Below, piece by piece: positions 46,165-57,174 of a stretch of DNA of 64,000 bases. The position numbers were made by a program, and so were the translations under genes. Within the stretch, counting starts at the first letter, position 1; every line of letters begins with the position of its first letter. The notes below the pieces were generated by a model that was given only the letters and a program-made list of their open reading frames with translations, was not told where the DNA came from and made no database searches. Origin of the DNA: a virus. The stretch spans positions 88,687-152,686 of the IMG/VR virus record IMGVR_UViG_3300020048_000029. One strand, given 5' to 3'.

Positions 46165-46510
46165 AATCACAAGAGAACAATCTTATCCCTGGATTGTCAA
46201 AGCTTACAGTAACATCGGTTACCGGAGCGTGCTGGAAATTCTCAAGGATAACGATTGATCCTATGATCCCTTTGATAAGCAAGCCCTTCATATCCTTGAA
46301 ATCAACCTTGATCGAATTTTTCATCGCAGAGTACGGGTCAAATTTAGGAGTCAGAAGAGTCATTGGGTTCTCAAAAGAGCAAGAGTCATCACCTCTTCTC
46401 AGAATGAAGATACCTTTTTCAGCAGCAGCTATCTCATCTCCACCGAGCACTCTGCTTCCTACAAAGCATGACGCCACTGGGTAATTTGGGTCTAACACAA
46501 TTCTGTTCAT
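46163..46510 (-). CDS. Hypothetical protein
   Basis: ATG 46510 with AGGAGG SD. Confidence 0.55.
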   Translation of the reverse strand: MNRIVLDPNYPVASCFVGSRVLGGDEIAAAEKGIFILRRGDDSCSFENPMTLLTPKFDPYSAMKNSIKVDFKDMKGLLIKGIIGSIVILENFQHAPVTDVTVSFDNPGIRLFSCD

Positions 46511-46875
46511 ACTGGCCTCCTGCAAAACCTTTTGTTCTTTGGCATGTAATACCACTCAAGCTGATCTTTCGTTTCAACGTAGAACGCTTTTGCGTAGTCC
46601 ATATTATCCGAATCTTCGATAAGCTTGATAAACTCCTCTTCATTTGGAACATCGTCAAGCTTCGAAAGCACCTTGCAACCACCTTTGTGGTCTGTCATCC
46701 CGAACACACATCCTCTCGCCTTCTTGACAATGATTTCTTCCATTGTAACAGCGAACTGGCGGCCTTCAAATGTTACAATCGTCCCATCAAGCTTAGTTGC
46801 AATTTTTAGTATCTTTTCAGTGTAGTCAACACCGTCAACAAAAAACTTTCCTGCTTTATGAGTCCATTTCAACAC
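46507..46875 (-). CDS. Hypothetical protein
   Basis: GTG 46875 with GGAGG SD. Confidence 0.55.
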   Translation of the reverse strand: MLKWTHKAGKFFVDGVDYTEKILKIATKLDGTIVTFEGRQFAVTMEEIIVKKARGCVFGMTDHKGGCKVLSKLDDVPNEEEFIKLIEDSDNMDYAKAFYVETKDQLEWYYMPKNKRFCRRPV

Positions 46876-47179
46876 GGTCAACCCTCCACGATTCAATTGT
46901 AAAGACGTTTTCATCTTGGTCAATTACCTTGATGACACCTTCTCCAACAAATTCGAGAACTGTCCCGATAAATGAATGCTTCCATCCATCAAAACCATCC
47001 TCATAAGGGTCGGGCACATTCACAGTGTCACCTTCTGACAAGAGCAGAACGACAGAGTTCTCAAGCTCCTTCCGGTATTTAAAAGGAATGTTGATATCTA
47101 TCTTAGATATCTCTTCTCTTGGGTTGTCAGATTCAAAACTGATCATGACATTTATTTGTACGCTTATCAAGTGTTTCAT
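46856..47179 (-). CDS. Hypothetical protein
   Basis: ATG 47179 with AAGGAGGT SD, downstream of a promoter motif. Confidence 0.6.
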   Translation of the reverse strand: MKHLISVQINVMISFESDNPREEISKIDINIPFKYRKELENSVVLLLSEGDTVNVPDPYEDGFDGWKHSFIGTVLEFVGEGVIKVIDQDENVFTIESWRVDRVEMDS

Positions 47180-47190
47180 AAACACCTCCT

Positions 47191-47209
47191 TCTCTAAATA
47201 GTTATTCCA
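47191..47209 (-). promoter_or_regulatory. Early-type promoter motif driving a 3-gene inverted islet
   Basis: TGGAATAACTATTTAGAGA. Confidence 0.45.
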
Positions 47210-47265
47210 TAAACACCAATGCCATAACAATAGTTATTTTATGTGAAATTACTTTGGGAGATACA

Positions 47266-49482
47266 ATGGCACTTATTGAGGCGGCAAATTCAGGTGACGG
47301 AGATGATGTTTTAGAACATTCTGTAGCTGAAACAAAGCCGAAAATACTTAAGCTTATAGAAAAGAGTGAGAGCGCTATTGAGGCGATATGTGTCGCCATA
47401 GCCACAGCTTCAGGCGTTTACAAGACCATTCTCGAAGTAAGACTTGTGATAAGAAAAACGTTCGAGAAAATACTCGAACTTGTGTACGCGATAAAGTACA
47501 AGCGAATACTGAATTTCCTTCCAGCTGAGATCTTGGCGGCTCTTGCTGGGATGGCTTCAACAATGATGCAAAGCATCGCAGGAGCCGCTGCATCACTAGC
47601 GTCAAAAGCTCTCGAAATGGTCCTGTCTAAATTCCTCGCGATTTTCATGCTTGGCCCATCAACGGTGTTCGGACTCATATCGATTCCTCATAGAAAAGCG
47701 CTTGCTTTGAGCAAGGAAGAGGGGAAGAGCATTGATAAGATCAATCAGCTCATAGCTCACCTCATAAGCCTTGTGAGAGCTTTAAAAGGCATGTCAAGAC
47801 TGGGTGATCTCAAAGGTCTTATAGAAAAAGCTGTAAAAGAAATTGACGCTGCATTAATACTTTTGAACAAAGTTGTCACCGGGCTCAACCCAGAAGACGA
47901 CTCTATCGGGTATTTCAACGAAGGTAGTTACAAAGCGATGCACAAGCATCTTGATAAGGCTATCGAGATCTTGAACCCAACGGAGTTATCTCTTCTGAGC
48001 AGTAAGATGAAAGTCAAAATGCAGGCTCAAGAAGACGCTGTGTTTGAAAGAGTCAAGGAGAGGTACTGCGACCCGTTCATCAGCTACCTGTATGAAGAGC
48101 TCAACATGTGGAGAATAAGAAACAACAGCACAAACCAGAGCTTTGATGCAGACGCTGACGAATTTGCCAGAAGATTTGATTCTACTTTCATAAAAGAGGC
48201 AGACTCAAAGATTGGGAAGTCGATACAAAATCATCTTGTAAGATTCAGGAACGCATTGACAACTGCTGTCAAGCAAATCCCTACAATGCAAGACAGTGTC
48301 GGAGACGCGGCAATCGGATATGTCTACAAAGAGGGTGATAGAGCAATAAAGGAAATTTCTGCGATTCTCGATGATTCTGCGAGGCTTTCTGCAAAAGCTC
48401 AAGTGTCTAAAAATTTCTTAACAGTTCTCAATGAGTCTGCTACTGAAATGGCAGTTCAGGCCGGTGCAATCGTAACTGAGATTGGCGTAACATTGAAAGA
48501 CATCTCTAAAGAGGTGATAAACGCATCAGGAGCGAACGCGAGAAAAAGAGTCTCAGTAAAAGCGATTATTGGGATGGAGAAGTTTGTCAAGTTCATAATC
48601 GCAGCCCTTCTCGACATGCTCGCAAAAGGCAAGGGTAAAGAGGATATCGCAGCGTACCTTGAGCATGTGATCGAAAATGTAAGTAAAGCTAAATTCATCT
48701 TGGTTGATGAAGACAATGTTATAAAAGATCAGGACAATAAGTTCAAGGTCGTGTCTCACATAACCGCTGCACACACGATACTTTACTCGAACGATCTCGT
48801 AATGGAAATGCTGATAACAAACTCTTTGATCAAGATGATGAACACAGAGTTTTTGCTTACAAACCAAAATGAGGATCTTGTAGCGTTTATCGAGGCTCTT
48901 AAATCGATTAAGTCTCAGACAGGTGGATATGAGTGGACCAATTCTGATATTTCAAACACTTCATACCCAGAGCTTACTAAGAGTATCGCAAAGTCTATTG
49001 GGAGCATAATGACGCTTAATGACGGCGATATTCTTGATAAGGTTTCCGGAAGCATAAGAAACATTAAGGCACATCATACGCTTGTGGAAAAGACTCTAAA
49101 CTCTTACGTTTCTGTCGGAAATCCTTTGACTGACGAGCTTGCTGACATTCTTGAACACCTTGACATGATGAACATATTTGGAATGGATGTAATCGGCATG
49201 GTTGGTATGTTCAGTGCGATGATGAAAGGTGTGAGTGGACTTCCTACTATGTGTGATGGGTTGAGCGACTATTCTAAAAATCTTATCGCAACAAATGTTG
49301 CAGCACTCTTAAAGCCACCTTCAAACCTTTCGAGCGTCACCGGTGTAGAGCCGAAATTGACAAAGTCTGGAAAGCTTTCAAGCAAGAAGAGGGAGAGTAA
49401 AAACGATCTTTACGATAGGTTGAATTCAATGGGTGATTCAGAGAATAACATAGCCGGAAACACTTCAGGAGCGGATTTATAA
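47266..49482 (+). CDS. Large helical virion-associated protein
   Basis: ~738-aa ORF heading the baseplate wedge operon. Confidence 0.6.
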   Translation: MALIEAANSGDGDDVLEHSVAETKPKILKLIEKSESAIEAICVAIATASGVYKTILEVRLVIRKTFEKILELVYAIKYKRILNFLPAEILAALAGMASTMMQSIAGAAASLASKALEMVLSKFLAIFMLGPSTVFGLISIPHRKALALSKEEGKSIDKINQLIAHLISLVRALKGMSRLGDLKGLIEKAVKEIDAALILLNKVVTGLNPEDDSIGYFNEGSYKAMHKHLDKAIEILNPTELSLLSSKMKVKMQAQEDAVFERVKERYCDPFISYLYEELNMWRIRNNSTNQSFDADADEFARRFDSTFIKEADSKIGKSIQNHLVRFRNALTTAVKQIPTMQDSVGDAAIGYVYKEGDRAIKEISAILDDSARLSAKAQVSKNFLTVLNESATEMAVQAGAIVTEIGVTLKDISKEVINASGANARKRVSVKAIIGMEKFVKFIIAALLDMLAKGKGKEDIAAYLEHVIENVSKAKFILVDEDNVIKDQDNKFKVVSHITAAHTILYSNDLVMEMLITNSLIKMMNTEFLLTNQNEDLVAFIEALKSIKSQTGGYEWTNSDISNTSYPELTKSIAKSIGSIMTLNDGDILDKVSGSIRNIKAHHTLVEKTLNSYVSVGNPLTDELADILEHLDMMNIFGMDVIGMVGMFSAMMKGVSGLPTMCDGLSDYSKNLIATNVAALLKPPSNLSSVTGVEPKLTKSGKLSSKKRESKNDLYDRLNSMGDSENNIAGNTSGADL

Positions 49483-49483
49483 T

Positions 49484-49876
49484 ATGGATTTCAAAACGAT
49501 ACACGAAGGGTCTTCAGTCAGTGTTTCTGACACAAGTTCATACAGCACTGGAAACGAAAGCCTTTCCAGCAGATTCTTAATTCTGATGATGGCTCCAGAT
49601 GGAGGGAACGCATCGAAAATGATCGGGACAACATCTATCAATGGGGATGACACGCTTCTTACAGGAGCGATAATCGCAGTGATAGAAGACACGATTGAAG
49701 CGATGCACAGGACCGAAGGGCTTCTTCCCGACACTGAAAAGCTTGAAGACGCATACCTTTCTTCAATGAAAGTTATCAATGGAGTCATAACCGCAACGAT
49801 AGAAGTGGTCCCGATAGAAAGAGAATCAGAGGCTGACTTGTCTTTGAGAGTACCAATAACAAAAAGAGGAATCTAA
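49484..49876 (+). CDS. Putative baseplate wedge subunit (gp25/W-like)
   Basis: Size, position before J-like gene, LPDTEKLED motif. Confidence 0.5.
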   Translation: MDFKTIHEGSSVSVSDTSSYSTGNESLSSRFLILMMAPDGGNASKMIGTTSINGDDTLLTGAIIAVIEDTIEAMHRTEGLLPDTEKLEDAYLSSMKVINGVITATIEVVPIERESEADLSLRVPITKRGI

Positions 49877-52222
49877 GTGAATTTTGTAAACCTAATAAGA
49901 GATCTTTTTAACAAAAACTCAAAGACTCCTGTGGCAAGAGGGCATGCAATCGATGAGCTTGCAGTAATACCTCTCGGCGAAACTATGAATCAGTTCTACT
50001 CTGAACTTGTTGCGATAGAGAAGATAATCTACTCTGACAACTGGGAAAACCTTAACGACAGCGATCTTGATACCGTTGCTGCGAGAAGCGGAATTTCAAG
50101 AGTAAGAGGCAGTATTGCAAGTGGGTATGTCAGAATAAAAACAGACAACCCTCAGGACTTCATAATATCGACAAAGACAGTTTTCTCAACTGGGTATAAG
50201 CAGTTCGTAGCCTACCCGTCTTCATATCCAAAATCTGTTTTCATAAGAGACGGTGAAGGGTACTATGTCGATATTTACATTGCAGCGGTTTCATCCGGGT
50301 CTGACTACACTCTTGTAAAGGGCGACAGTCTTAGTATATCGAACATAATTCTCAAGTTCAAGTCTGCCGAAGTCATGGAAGACTTTATCAACGGGGCTGA
50401 GTATGAAGACAACGCGTCTCTTTTGAATCGTATCAAGACAAGCAATTCAGACAGAAACATCGTTACTCATAGAGGGATAAACTCTGTGATAAAAGAGCGG
50501 TTCCCGTTCGTTTTGTCTCATTACATAACAAGAACTGACAGAGACCTTGTTCATGTCAACCAGAATGATGATAAGGTGTTTCTTGGGAAATTTCAGAACA
50601 CGCTAATGGTGAAGAGTCTTGCGTACTTTGACTTCTTCCCCGCAACAGCCGGAACAAACCGGTTCCTTGAGTACTCAAATGTTAGTACTACCGAGGCAAT
50701 CCCTAACTCTGTTGCAGCTAGATCGTACCAGTCATCTGACGATGCTGACCACGGTTTCACGATGTCATCTGAGTATACTGATGAAATGTATCGCGGACTC
50801 TACTTTTTAGATGGATCTGTAAAAGCCACTCTTACAACATCTGACATCACTGGCGGGAAAAAAGACGGAGTCAAAATAACGTTCAAGCTCACCGGTGAAG
50901 AAGGAAGTTTGAAGTTTGCAAAAGGATCGAAAGGTGGGATAGGCGTATCGTACTTTGTTCACAACGGGATGATCGTTTTCAACATCGATCACGATATGGA
51001 TTTAGGCAATATGTCTTTAATGCAAACAAGTCCAGGGGTATCAACTACAAGATTCAATGCTCTTAGAACCGGCCTTGTGGATATCGCAGAGTATTTCGTC
51101 GATCTTACATGCGAAGACGGACAAATATCAGTCGTTCTAACTGATATGGAAGGAGCAAAAAGCCTGTCACTCAACACGTACAGCGACTCTGTAATCGTCA
51201 AAAAGATCATCGATGAATCTGATGGGTCGGACGTTGCATACTCCGGTGGAGTTTCTGATGTAATAATCAACGACACGACGAAGACAAGACCTCTCCATCT
51301 GTTCAAGATAAAGGTTGACAATCCTTCGAGATCTCACGATATCGACATCAACATAGACTCTGAGTCGTATTACAACGGAGAGGTGAATTACGACTCTGAA
51401 GTGTTCGTGTGGAAGCCGTCCGGAGGCTCTCTGTCTCTTGGAGAGTGGAAGACGATCGAAGCTAAGAGCACGATTGAGCAGCCTGACAATTACACCGTCC
51501 TTGAAAGCTCTGGACATTACATTTACATAATGTGTACGACAAAAGGAACCAAGTTCACCGGACAAGCTGGAGACGCAACAGTTGTTCATGCAAGATGTGA
51601 TGTTGGGTATGTGTCTGTAAAAAGCATCGACACCGGTGCGTTTAGCAGCCTTACAAAAGTTGACATGTTCGTCCACACAAAGTCTAGTGCTCTTACTCCG
51701 GCAATTACATCTGTCGTCCTGCAAAGAGGTGTTGACGGTTTGTTTGTATTGAAGCCTGAAGGTGACCCTGTGTCTGCGATCTTGTCTGTAGGAGGAGGAG
51801 AGTCATTCTATGCAAGCGAAATGACCGGGGTTCTTGACGAGGAGATAGTGATTGACACCCCGAATTATTACGAAGACACAGTTGAGGTCAGGTACGAGTC
51901 TTACCCCGGGATCAGAAGAATGCAGCAAATGTTCAACGGTATCGTTGAAGGCGGAGTGTTTGGAGACATCTTGGTAAGACACAAAGCTCCTCACGATGTT
52001 GAAGTGAACATTGTTTATGCAGGCGGAAACGGTGACGTTGTTGCAGGTATCAAGAATTACTTCGACTCATCCGTGACAACTAAGTTCTCTCCGTACTTAA
52101 TGATAATGTGGCTTCAGAGCAATGGGTACATATCTTCAGGAGTTTCGATAGACAACTCTTCTATCGACATTACTCCAAAAGAGTATTTCAACATCGTAAA
52201 AATAAGCGCGGTAAAACAATGA
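49877..52222 (+). CDS. Baseplate J/gp6-like protein
   Basis: DLDTVAARSGISRVRGSIASGYVRI and FINGAEYEDNASLLNRI motifs. Confidence 0.75.
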   Translation: MNFVNLIRDLFNKNSKTPVARGHAIDELAVIPLGETMNQFYSELVAIEKIIYSDNWENLNDSDLDTVAARSGISRVRGSIASGYVRIKTDNPQDFIISTKTVFSTGYKQFVAYPSSYPKSVFIRDGEGYYVDIYIAAVSSGSDYTLVKGDSLSISNIILKFKSAEVMEDFINGAEYEDNASLLNRIKTSNSDRNIVTHRGINSVIKERFPFVLSHYITRTDRDLVHVNQNDDKVFLGKFQNTLMVKSLAYFDFFPATAGTNRFLEYSNVSTTEAIPNSVAARSYQSSDDADHGFTMSSEYTDEMYRGLYFLDGSVKATLTTSDITGGKKDGVKITFKLTGEEGSLKFAKGSKGGIGVSYFVHNGMIVFNIDHDMDLGNMSLMQTSPGVSTTRFNALRTGLVDIAEYFVDLTCEDGQISVVLTDMEGAKSLSLNTYSDSVIVKKIIDESDGSDVAYSGGVSDVIINDTTKTRPLHLFKIKVDNPSRSHDIDINIDSESYYNGEVNYDSEVFVWKPSGGSLSLGEWKTIEAKSTIEQPDNYTVLESSGHYIYIMCTTKGTKFTGQAGDATVVHARCDVGYVSVKSIDTGAFSSLTKVDMFVHTKSSALTPAITSVVLQRGVDGLFVLKPEGDPVSAILSVGGGESFYASEMTGVLDEEIVIDTPNYYEDTVEVRYESYPGIRRMQQMFNGIVEGGVFGDILVRHKAPHDVEVNIVYAGGNGDVVAGIKNYFDSSVTTKFSPYLMIMWLQSNGYISSGVSIDNSSIDITPKEYFNIVKISAVKQ

Positions 52223-53595
52223 GTTGGGAAAAACTATCCTCTCTATGGAAATTCATGCCCTCTTCAGAGAGGGCTATGTTCGAGTCTCTTTGGGATAAGC
52301 TGAAGATATCATCTGATACAATGAGAAGAAAGCTCCGCAGGTACATGGGTACAGGAGTTTTCTACACTGACATTGTTGAAGTTGATTGCAGAATAGAGTC
52401 GGCAAAGCCAATGGTTTTCGACATTTGCAACCCTGATAGTCAGTACATGATTTATCACGAAGGCGCATTTCTGAATTATGAAGGAGTCACTGAGATAACA
52501 CTTCATGAAAACATTTACAGAAGATTCAGAAAAGCTGAAGGGTACATCGTGTCGTCCGAGGGAGTTTCTAAGATAATAAAATTCGAGAACCTGAAGATGT
52601 TCGTATCAGGCAAAATAGGTGATGGAGGGTTCTACATTACAGACGGCAAGACATTCGACATAGACCCTGATATCAATGGCGGTGAAATAGATGGTGTCAA
52701 GTTCAGCATTTACGGTTCTGTAATTGAAATTGACAAAGTTGTTGATGACTTTTTGTACATCAGGAACATACCTCTAAAAGGTCATGAGATGTTCAAGCAG
52801 AACAGCGCGATGTTCAAAAATTCAGCTCGCGACACTGTAACCGCTGGGTACATAAAATCGTCAACAGACGGTGTTTCAGACCTTAGGAGTATAAAGATCT
52901 CAGAAGGTGCAATTAACTCTGCCTATGGCCAGCCAACGGCTCAAGCTAATGGAATTGTCATCGGTGTCTATGAGTCAAACAGGAATGAAGGAGTGTTTTT
53001 CGACGGAGAAGCATTCGATGGATTCCCAAGGCTTTTGTGCGACATTAAAATCGTTTCGAGCAATGGCAATGTCGTAGAGATAGAGAAGGAGTCCAAAATA
53101 CTCGAACACCTCGTAAAAAGCTATGAAGAGATAGGTACAGGAAAACTCCCTGACATCTTCATAGGAGACGAGCTTTATCATGTAAAGTCGATATCAGGAA
53201 CTACCGTTGAGATTTACCAATTCGATGGGATTGGAGATCCATTGTACTTTGACAAAGAGGTATCGATATCAGGAAAAGCTTCGATCCACATACCTGCTCC
53301 TACACCGAAATTTGTTTTGTACAAAGATGTTAATGGTGATACGTATGCTGAGTTCTTTGATTCAAATATCGACATTTCAGTTGTTCCTGGTGGCACCGTG
53401 TCGATAGGACAGTCCCTTGCAAGAATGATAAAAATATCTCCGAAGACTTCTATGTTTGGGAAGCCTGGCGCCGAGAGATTTAATAAATATCAGTGTGATA
53501 TTTCTACAAACGAGATAACCTATACGATCTCCGGGGCTTTTCCAGGAGAATTTTTCCCCACGAGAATCGTGAGAAGAGGTATTTTTAGACTATGA
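52219..53595 (+). CDS. Putative baseplate wedge protein
   Basis: ATG 52219 overlapping the J-like stop; synteny. Confidence 0.5.
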   Translation: MSWEKLSSLWKFMPSSERAMFESLWDKLKISSDTMRRKLRRYMGTGVFYTDIVEVDCRIESAKPMVFDICNPDSQYMIYHEGAFLNYEGVTEITLHENIYRRFRKAEGYIVSSEGVSKIIKFENLKMFVSGKIGDGGFYITDGKTFDIDPDINGGEIDGVKFSIYGSVIEIDKVVDDFLYIRNIPLKGHEMFKQNSAMFKNSARDTVTAGYIKSSTDGVSDLRSIKISEGAINSAYGQPTAQANGIVIGVYESNRNEGVFFDGEAFDGFPRLLCDIKIVSSNGNVVEIEKESKILEHLVKSYEEIGTGKLPDIFIGDELYHVKSISGTTVEIYQFDGIGDPLYFDKEVSISGKASIHIPAPTPKFVLYKDVNGDTYAEFFDSNIDISVVPGGTVSIGQSLARMIKISPKTSMFGKPGAERFNKYQCDISTNEITYTISGAFPGEFFPTRIVRRGIFRL

Positions 53596-53936
53596 TAATA
53601 CTAAACAACACAATAAGATCTCAGATATGCCTTGGCATTGTCAGCGTGTTAAATGCTGACACAAGCAAGTTCGTTAGATTTTACTCTGAAGATGATGTTG
53701 AAAAGTTCGCGATAGCCTACACATCTGCAACAAGAGATGGATTCAACATAAAAGTAAACACGAGTGCCGGCGTGATAATACCTGTTGATATGGTAATTTC
53801 AAGCTTCACAATAGGAACAAGTGTTCTCAAAGGTGTTATAACAAGATCTGGAGAAGGTGGGGACATGCAAGTTCCTGACACGTATCTTCATAGGGGTTCG
53901 TATTTCTCAATTGACGAATTGTACTTAGAAGGGTAA
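53592..53936 (+). CDS. Small tail/baseplate protein
   Basis: Coupled ORF; C-terminal GVITRSGEGGDMQV. Confidence 0.5.
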   Translation: MIILNNTIRSQICLGIVSVLNADTSKFVRFYSEDDVEKFAIAYTSATRDGFNIKVNTSAGVIIPVDMVISSFTIGTSVLKGVITRSGEGGDMQVPDTYLHRGSYFSIDELYLEG

Positions 53937-53939
53937 CAA

Positions 53940-56750
53940 ATGGAAACGTCTGTAAAGAATAAAATACCTGGGGTTGATACGTCAATTCTTGTTTTGGTTG
54001 ATGGCATTCCTGCCGCATCAGGGTTTGGAATATCTGGCAAAAATTTCAAAGATGGTAACACTGTCTTGTTCTACTCTAATGGGACACATTTGTTTGCCCC
54101 AGCAAGCTCTGCAGACTTTACAAATGACGGTGACGTCATAGCAACAAGAGCGTTTTCACGAAGAGTTACAAGTGAGTTTTTGCATAATAATCTCGTGTCT
54201 ATCCAAGGTGGCAAGTCTGGTGAGTACTTCCACTTGAACTCGGCTCAGCACACTCTTATCAGCAGTACTTACAACAGCCCTGTCATAATCGGGTCAGTCA
54301 GTGCAACAAGCGCTCTGTCGGCGATAGTTTCGTCATCAAACTCTGTGCTTATAAATGACGGTGGCACATTGAAGTTTATCAGTGTTCCAGAAAGCTCACT
54401 GCTCGGGAGAGGGACTTCTGGAATAGTTGCGACTCAACTTAATAATTTCAGCGTCGTCACCGCTGACGACCATGGTGTACCAAAAAGCGTATCAATTGGG
54501 GTAAACTCTTTTGTTGGGAGAACAGCGTCTGGCCTCGTTAAGTCTATCGCGTTTAGCGATATACCAAACTTCCTTAAGCTTGATGGAACCTCTGAAATGG
54601 ATGGTGACATTGACTTCAACGGGCACAATGCGATAAACATTAATGGGCTTAAGACTGCAAGTTCAGCAGTATTTGAGGTTGGAACAAATAAAGTTTACCT
54701 CTCTGCGTCAGCCATAACAAAGAAAACAATTATAAGTTCTGTTGAAGATACTAACGCCGCATCTATAACATTGGGTGGTGGATTTGTAGATCTAGGATTG
54801 TCGCATTTAAAAGCTAGAGCGATAAAAAGCGACTACATGTTCTACATAAATTCAGATCATGTAAACATCAATGTAAAAGGCGTTGACCTATTAGAGTCTG
54901 GAACTGCAAACGGTAAGTTCTATCTAAGAACGTATAATTACGAAGCTGTAAATGACGACGACCTTGCAACGATAAAAGATATCAACGATGCAATCTCTTC
55001 CAGTGGAACTGCTTCCGGCCTCGTTGCAGGTATGATGCTTGTTGCACAACAGGTTGGTGCAAATGTTTCGATCAAGTCAGCTGGAAATATTACTACAGCA
55101 GGGAATGACATTGTAATATATGAGAATGGAACCACATCTCAAAATAATACTACATTCAGACACAGCGGAACGCTTGTAAAAAAAGTATCTGGAGAATACA
55201 CTCTTGAAAGCGAACTCAACGCAATAGCGTTGACTATTTCATCAAAAAAGAACCCTATTGGATCAAACTTGTCAGACTCCTCATGGGCAACTGTTGCTGC
55301 TGGATACATAGCAACAGGTTCTTATGTTACAGGAGTTGAAACAAGACTTGGTCACACAAGCGTTGTGATAGGTGAAATTTCTCTTGTTACAGTTCCTACC
55401 ACTCCATTCCTTTCTGTAGGAGGGTCTGTAGGAATTTATAGTAACGAGAACGGATCCGGTATTGCTACTGGACTGGCTTTTTCAGGGTCATCTACAATGA
55501 CTGCCGTCTCTGGGTTTTGGAACTCAAACATTGTCACAACATCTCAATTGGTCAGCGGAAAAAGACTCTTGTTCCAATTCCTGTACGGGAATGCTACAGG
55601 GGCGGCTCCTACTAAAATAGCGATGGCGTACCACCAGCTTGGGACAACAGCTTCAGATACAGGGTTCATGCAGATGCGGAGCCTGGTACTTTCAGGAGAC
55701 CATGCTGAAGGCAGCTTTAGTACATCTGACGGATTACACTTCGGAGCGAGCGGAGCGATCTACAGAGACTCTGGAAAGACAAGAATAAAAACAGTTTTCG
55801 GAACTGCAAGCGAAAATTCTACGTTCGACATTGGTACTAACATATTCGCAATGTTCAAAACATCTGGAGGAACACCGTACTACCTTTTCGAGGCTAATAT
55901 CGGTGCAACAACAGAGGCGAGATTCAATGTAAAATTGTGTGATGTTGCAACAAGCGACGGCCTTGGGTCTACGACAAACATGTCAGGAATGGTTCAAGTG
56001 TCAAACGTGTTTAGAACATACGTTGGCGGATTTATGATAAGAGGAATAGCTGAGCAGTACGACACTCTTATGGTTCATGGAATGAAAATGACCGTAAGAG
56101 AATCTACTGGCCTTCTTCCTCTTATTTCTACAACGAGTGGGCTGGCTCCTTACATCTGGATGACGCCAACAGCTCTTAAGCTTGGGTTGTTCTTAAGACC
56201 TGCTGGAGACAATGTGTCAGACTCTGAGCCTGCATTGTCAGTTGTTAAGTTCACGTCCTCTGTTACTTCTGCTGTTACTGCAAGAGCAACTGTAGACTAC
56301 GGCCTTGATGACTACGAGGATAACGATGACCTTTTAGTAGCATCAAGAGGCTGGGTTAGAGCAACTACGAACTACTCCAAGATAACTGGATCTCCTGGGT
56401 TAACTGCGTATGACTTCGATATTTTTGGCGGTGTCAATAAATTGGTCACGCTTAACACACACACAGTAACAACGCCTGGCTCTACAAAGCCAATATCAAT
56501 AAGTGCAAGTGGAACGCCAAAAACAAGGTTTATTGGGAAATCATTCCAGTTAGTTGTTAGAGGATTATCTGATACTACGAAGGTGGTCTTGTCAGCAGGA
56601 ACAGGAGTCACTCTTCTATGCGGTGCTGATGCTGATTTGTGGTTGACAGTTGCCAATGGAACTGGATGTGGCGTATTCTCATTCACGATCGTCGGTGTTG
56701 CAAGCGGTAAATATGAAATAGTTTTTGCTAAAACAAGAACAGGAGCTTAA
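53940..56750 (+). CDS. Tail fibre protein
   Basis: HNNLVSIQGG..GEYFHL and FLKLDGTSEMDGDIDFNG fibre motifs; Ser/Thr/Gly-rich. Confidence 0.75.
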   Translation: METSVKNKIPGVDTSILVLVDGIPAASGFGISGKNFKDGNTVLFYSNGTHLFAPASSADFTNDGDVIATRAFSRRVTSEFLHNNLVSIQGGKSGEYFHLNSAQHTLISSTYNSPVIIGSVSATSALSAIVSSSNSVLINDGGTLKFISVPESSLLGRGTSGIVATQLNNFSVVTADDHGVPKSVSIGVNSFVGRTASGLVKSIAFSDIPNFLKLDGTSEMDGDIDFNGHNAININGLKTASSAVFEVGTNKVYLSASAITKKTIISSVEDTNAASITLGGGFVDLGLSHLKARAIKSDYMFYINSDHVNINVKGVDLLESGTANGKFYLRTYNYEAVNDDDLATIKDINDAISSSGTASGLVAGMMLVAQQVGANVSIKSAGNITTAGNDIVIYENGTTSQNNTTFRHSGTLVKKVSGEYTLESELNAIALTISSKKNPIGSNLSDSSWATVAAGYIATGSYVTGVETRLGHTSVVIGEISLVTVPTTPFLSVGGSVGIYSNENGSGIATGLAFSGSSTMTAVSGFWNSNIVTTSQLVSGKRLLFQFLYGNATGAAPTKIAMAYHQLGTTASDTGFMQMRSLVLSGDHAEGSFSTSDGLHFGASGAIYRDSGKTRIKTVFGTASENSTFDIGTNIFAMFKTSGGTPYYLFEANIGATTEARFNVKLCDVATSDGLGSTTNMSGMVQVSNVFRTYVGGFMIRGIAEQYDTLMVHGMKMTVRESTGLLPLISTTSGLAPYIWMTPTALKLGLFLRPAGDNVSDSEPALSVVKFTSSVTSAVTARATVDYGLDDYEDNDDLLVASRGWVRATTNYSKITGSPGLTAYDFDIFGGVNKLVTLNTHTVTTPGSTKPISISASGTPKTRFIGKSFQLVVRGLSDTTKVVLSAGTGVTLLCGADADLWLTVANGTGCGVFSFTIVGVASGKYEIVFAKTRTGA

Positions 56751-56751
56751 A

Positions 56752-57174
56752 ATGGAAGACTTTGAAGTAATCCTAAAAGGGATTCAGGTACAAAAGGCGA
56801 TAGAGATTGAGACTCTCTACTACACAAGATTGAACGGGCTCATTTGGATAGATGTTGATCCTACAAAAATCAATCCGCCAGTTAGTAAGGTTGCTGTAAG
56901 AGGTGGAGGAAACACTGTTGGTTCTATCAACATGTACCTTCCATACGTTGCCGTAGCAGGGAGCGCCGGCCATGACAGAGGGTATCTGCTCCGTGTTGAC
57001 GAAGATGGGCATGAGCCTTACATCTTAGAGACAACTGAGTATGAAAAGCTGAATCAAAAGATGGCCGGAATACTTTGTGCAATGTTCGAGGATTACGCTG
57101 TAAAACGGGCGTCCGTGTTTGCTTCGAGAGACATCGAAGACATTACAAAGATCGAGCTTAAACAGTGGCAATAG
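56752..57174 (+). CDS. Hypothetical tail-fibre-associated protein
   Basis: ATG 56752 with AGGAG SD. Confidence 0.55.
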   Translation: MEDFEVILKGIQVQKAIEIETLYYTRLNGLIWIDVDPTKINPPVSKVAVRGGGNTVGSINMYLPYVAVAGSAGHDRGYLLRVDEDGHEPYILETTEYEKLNQKMAGILCAMFEDYAVKRASVFASRDIEDITKIELKQWQ

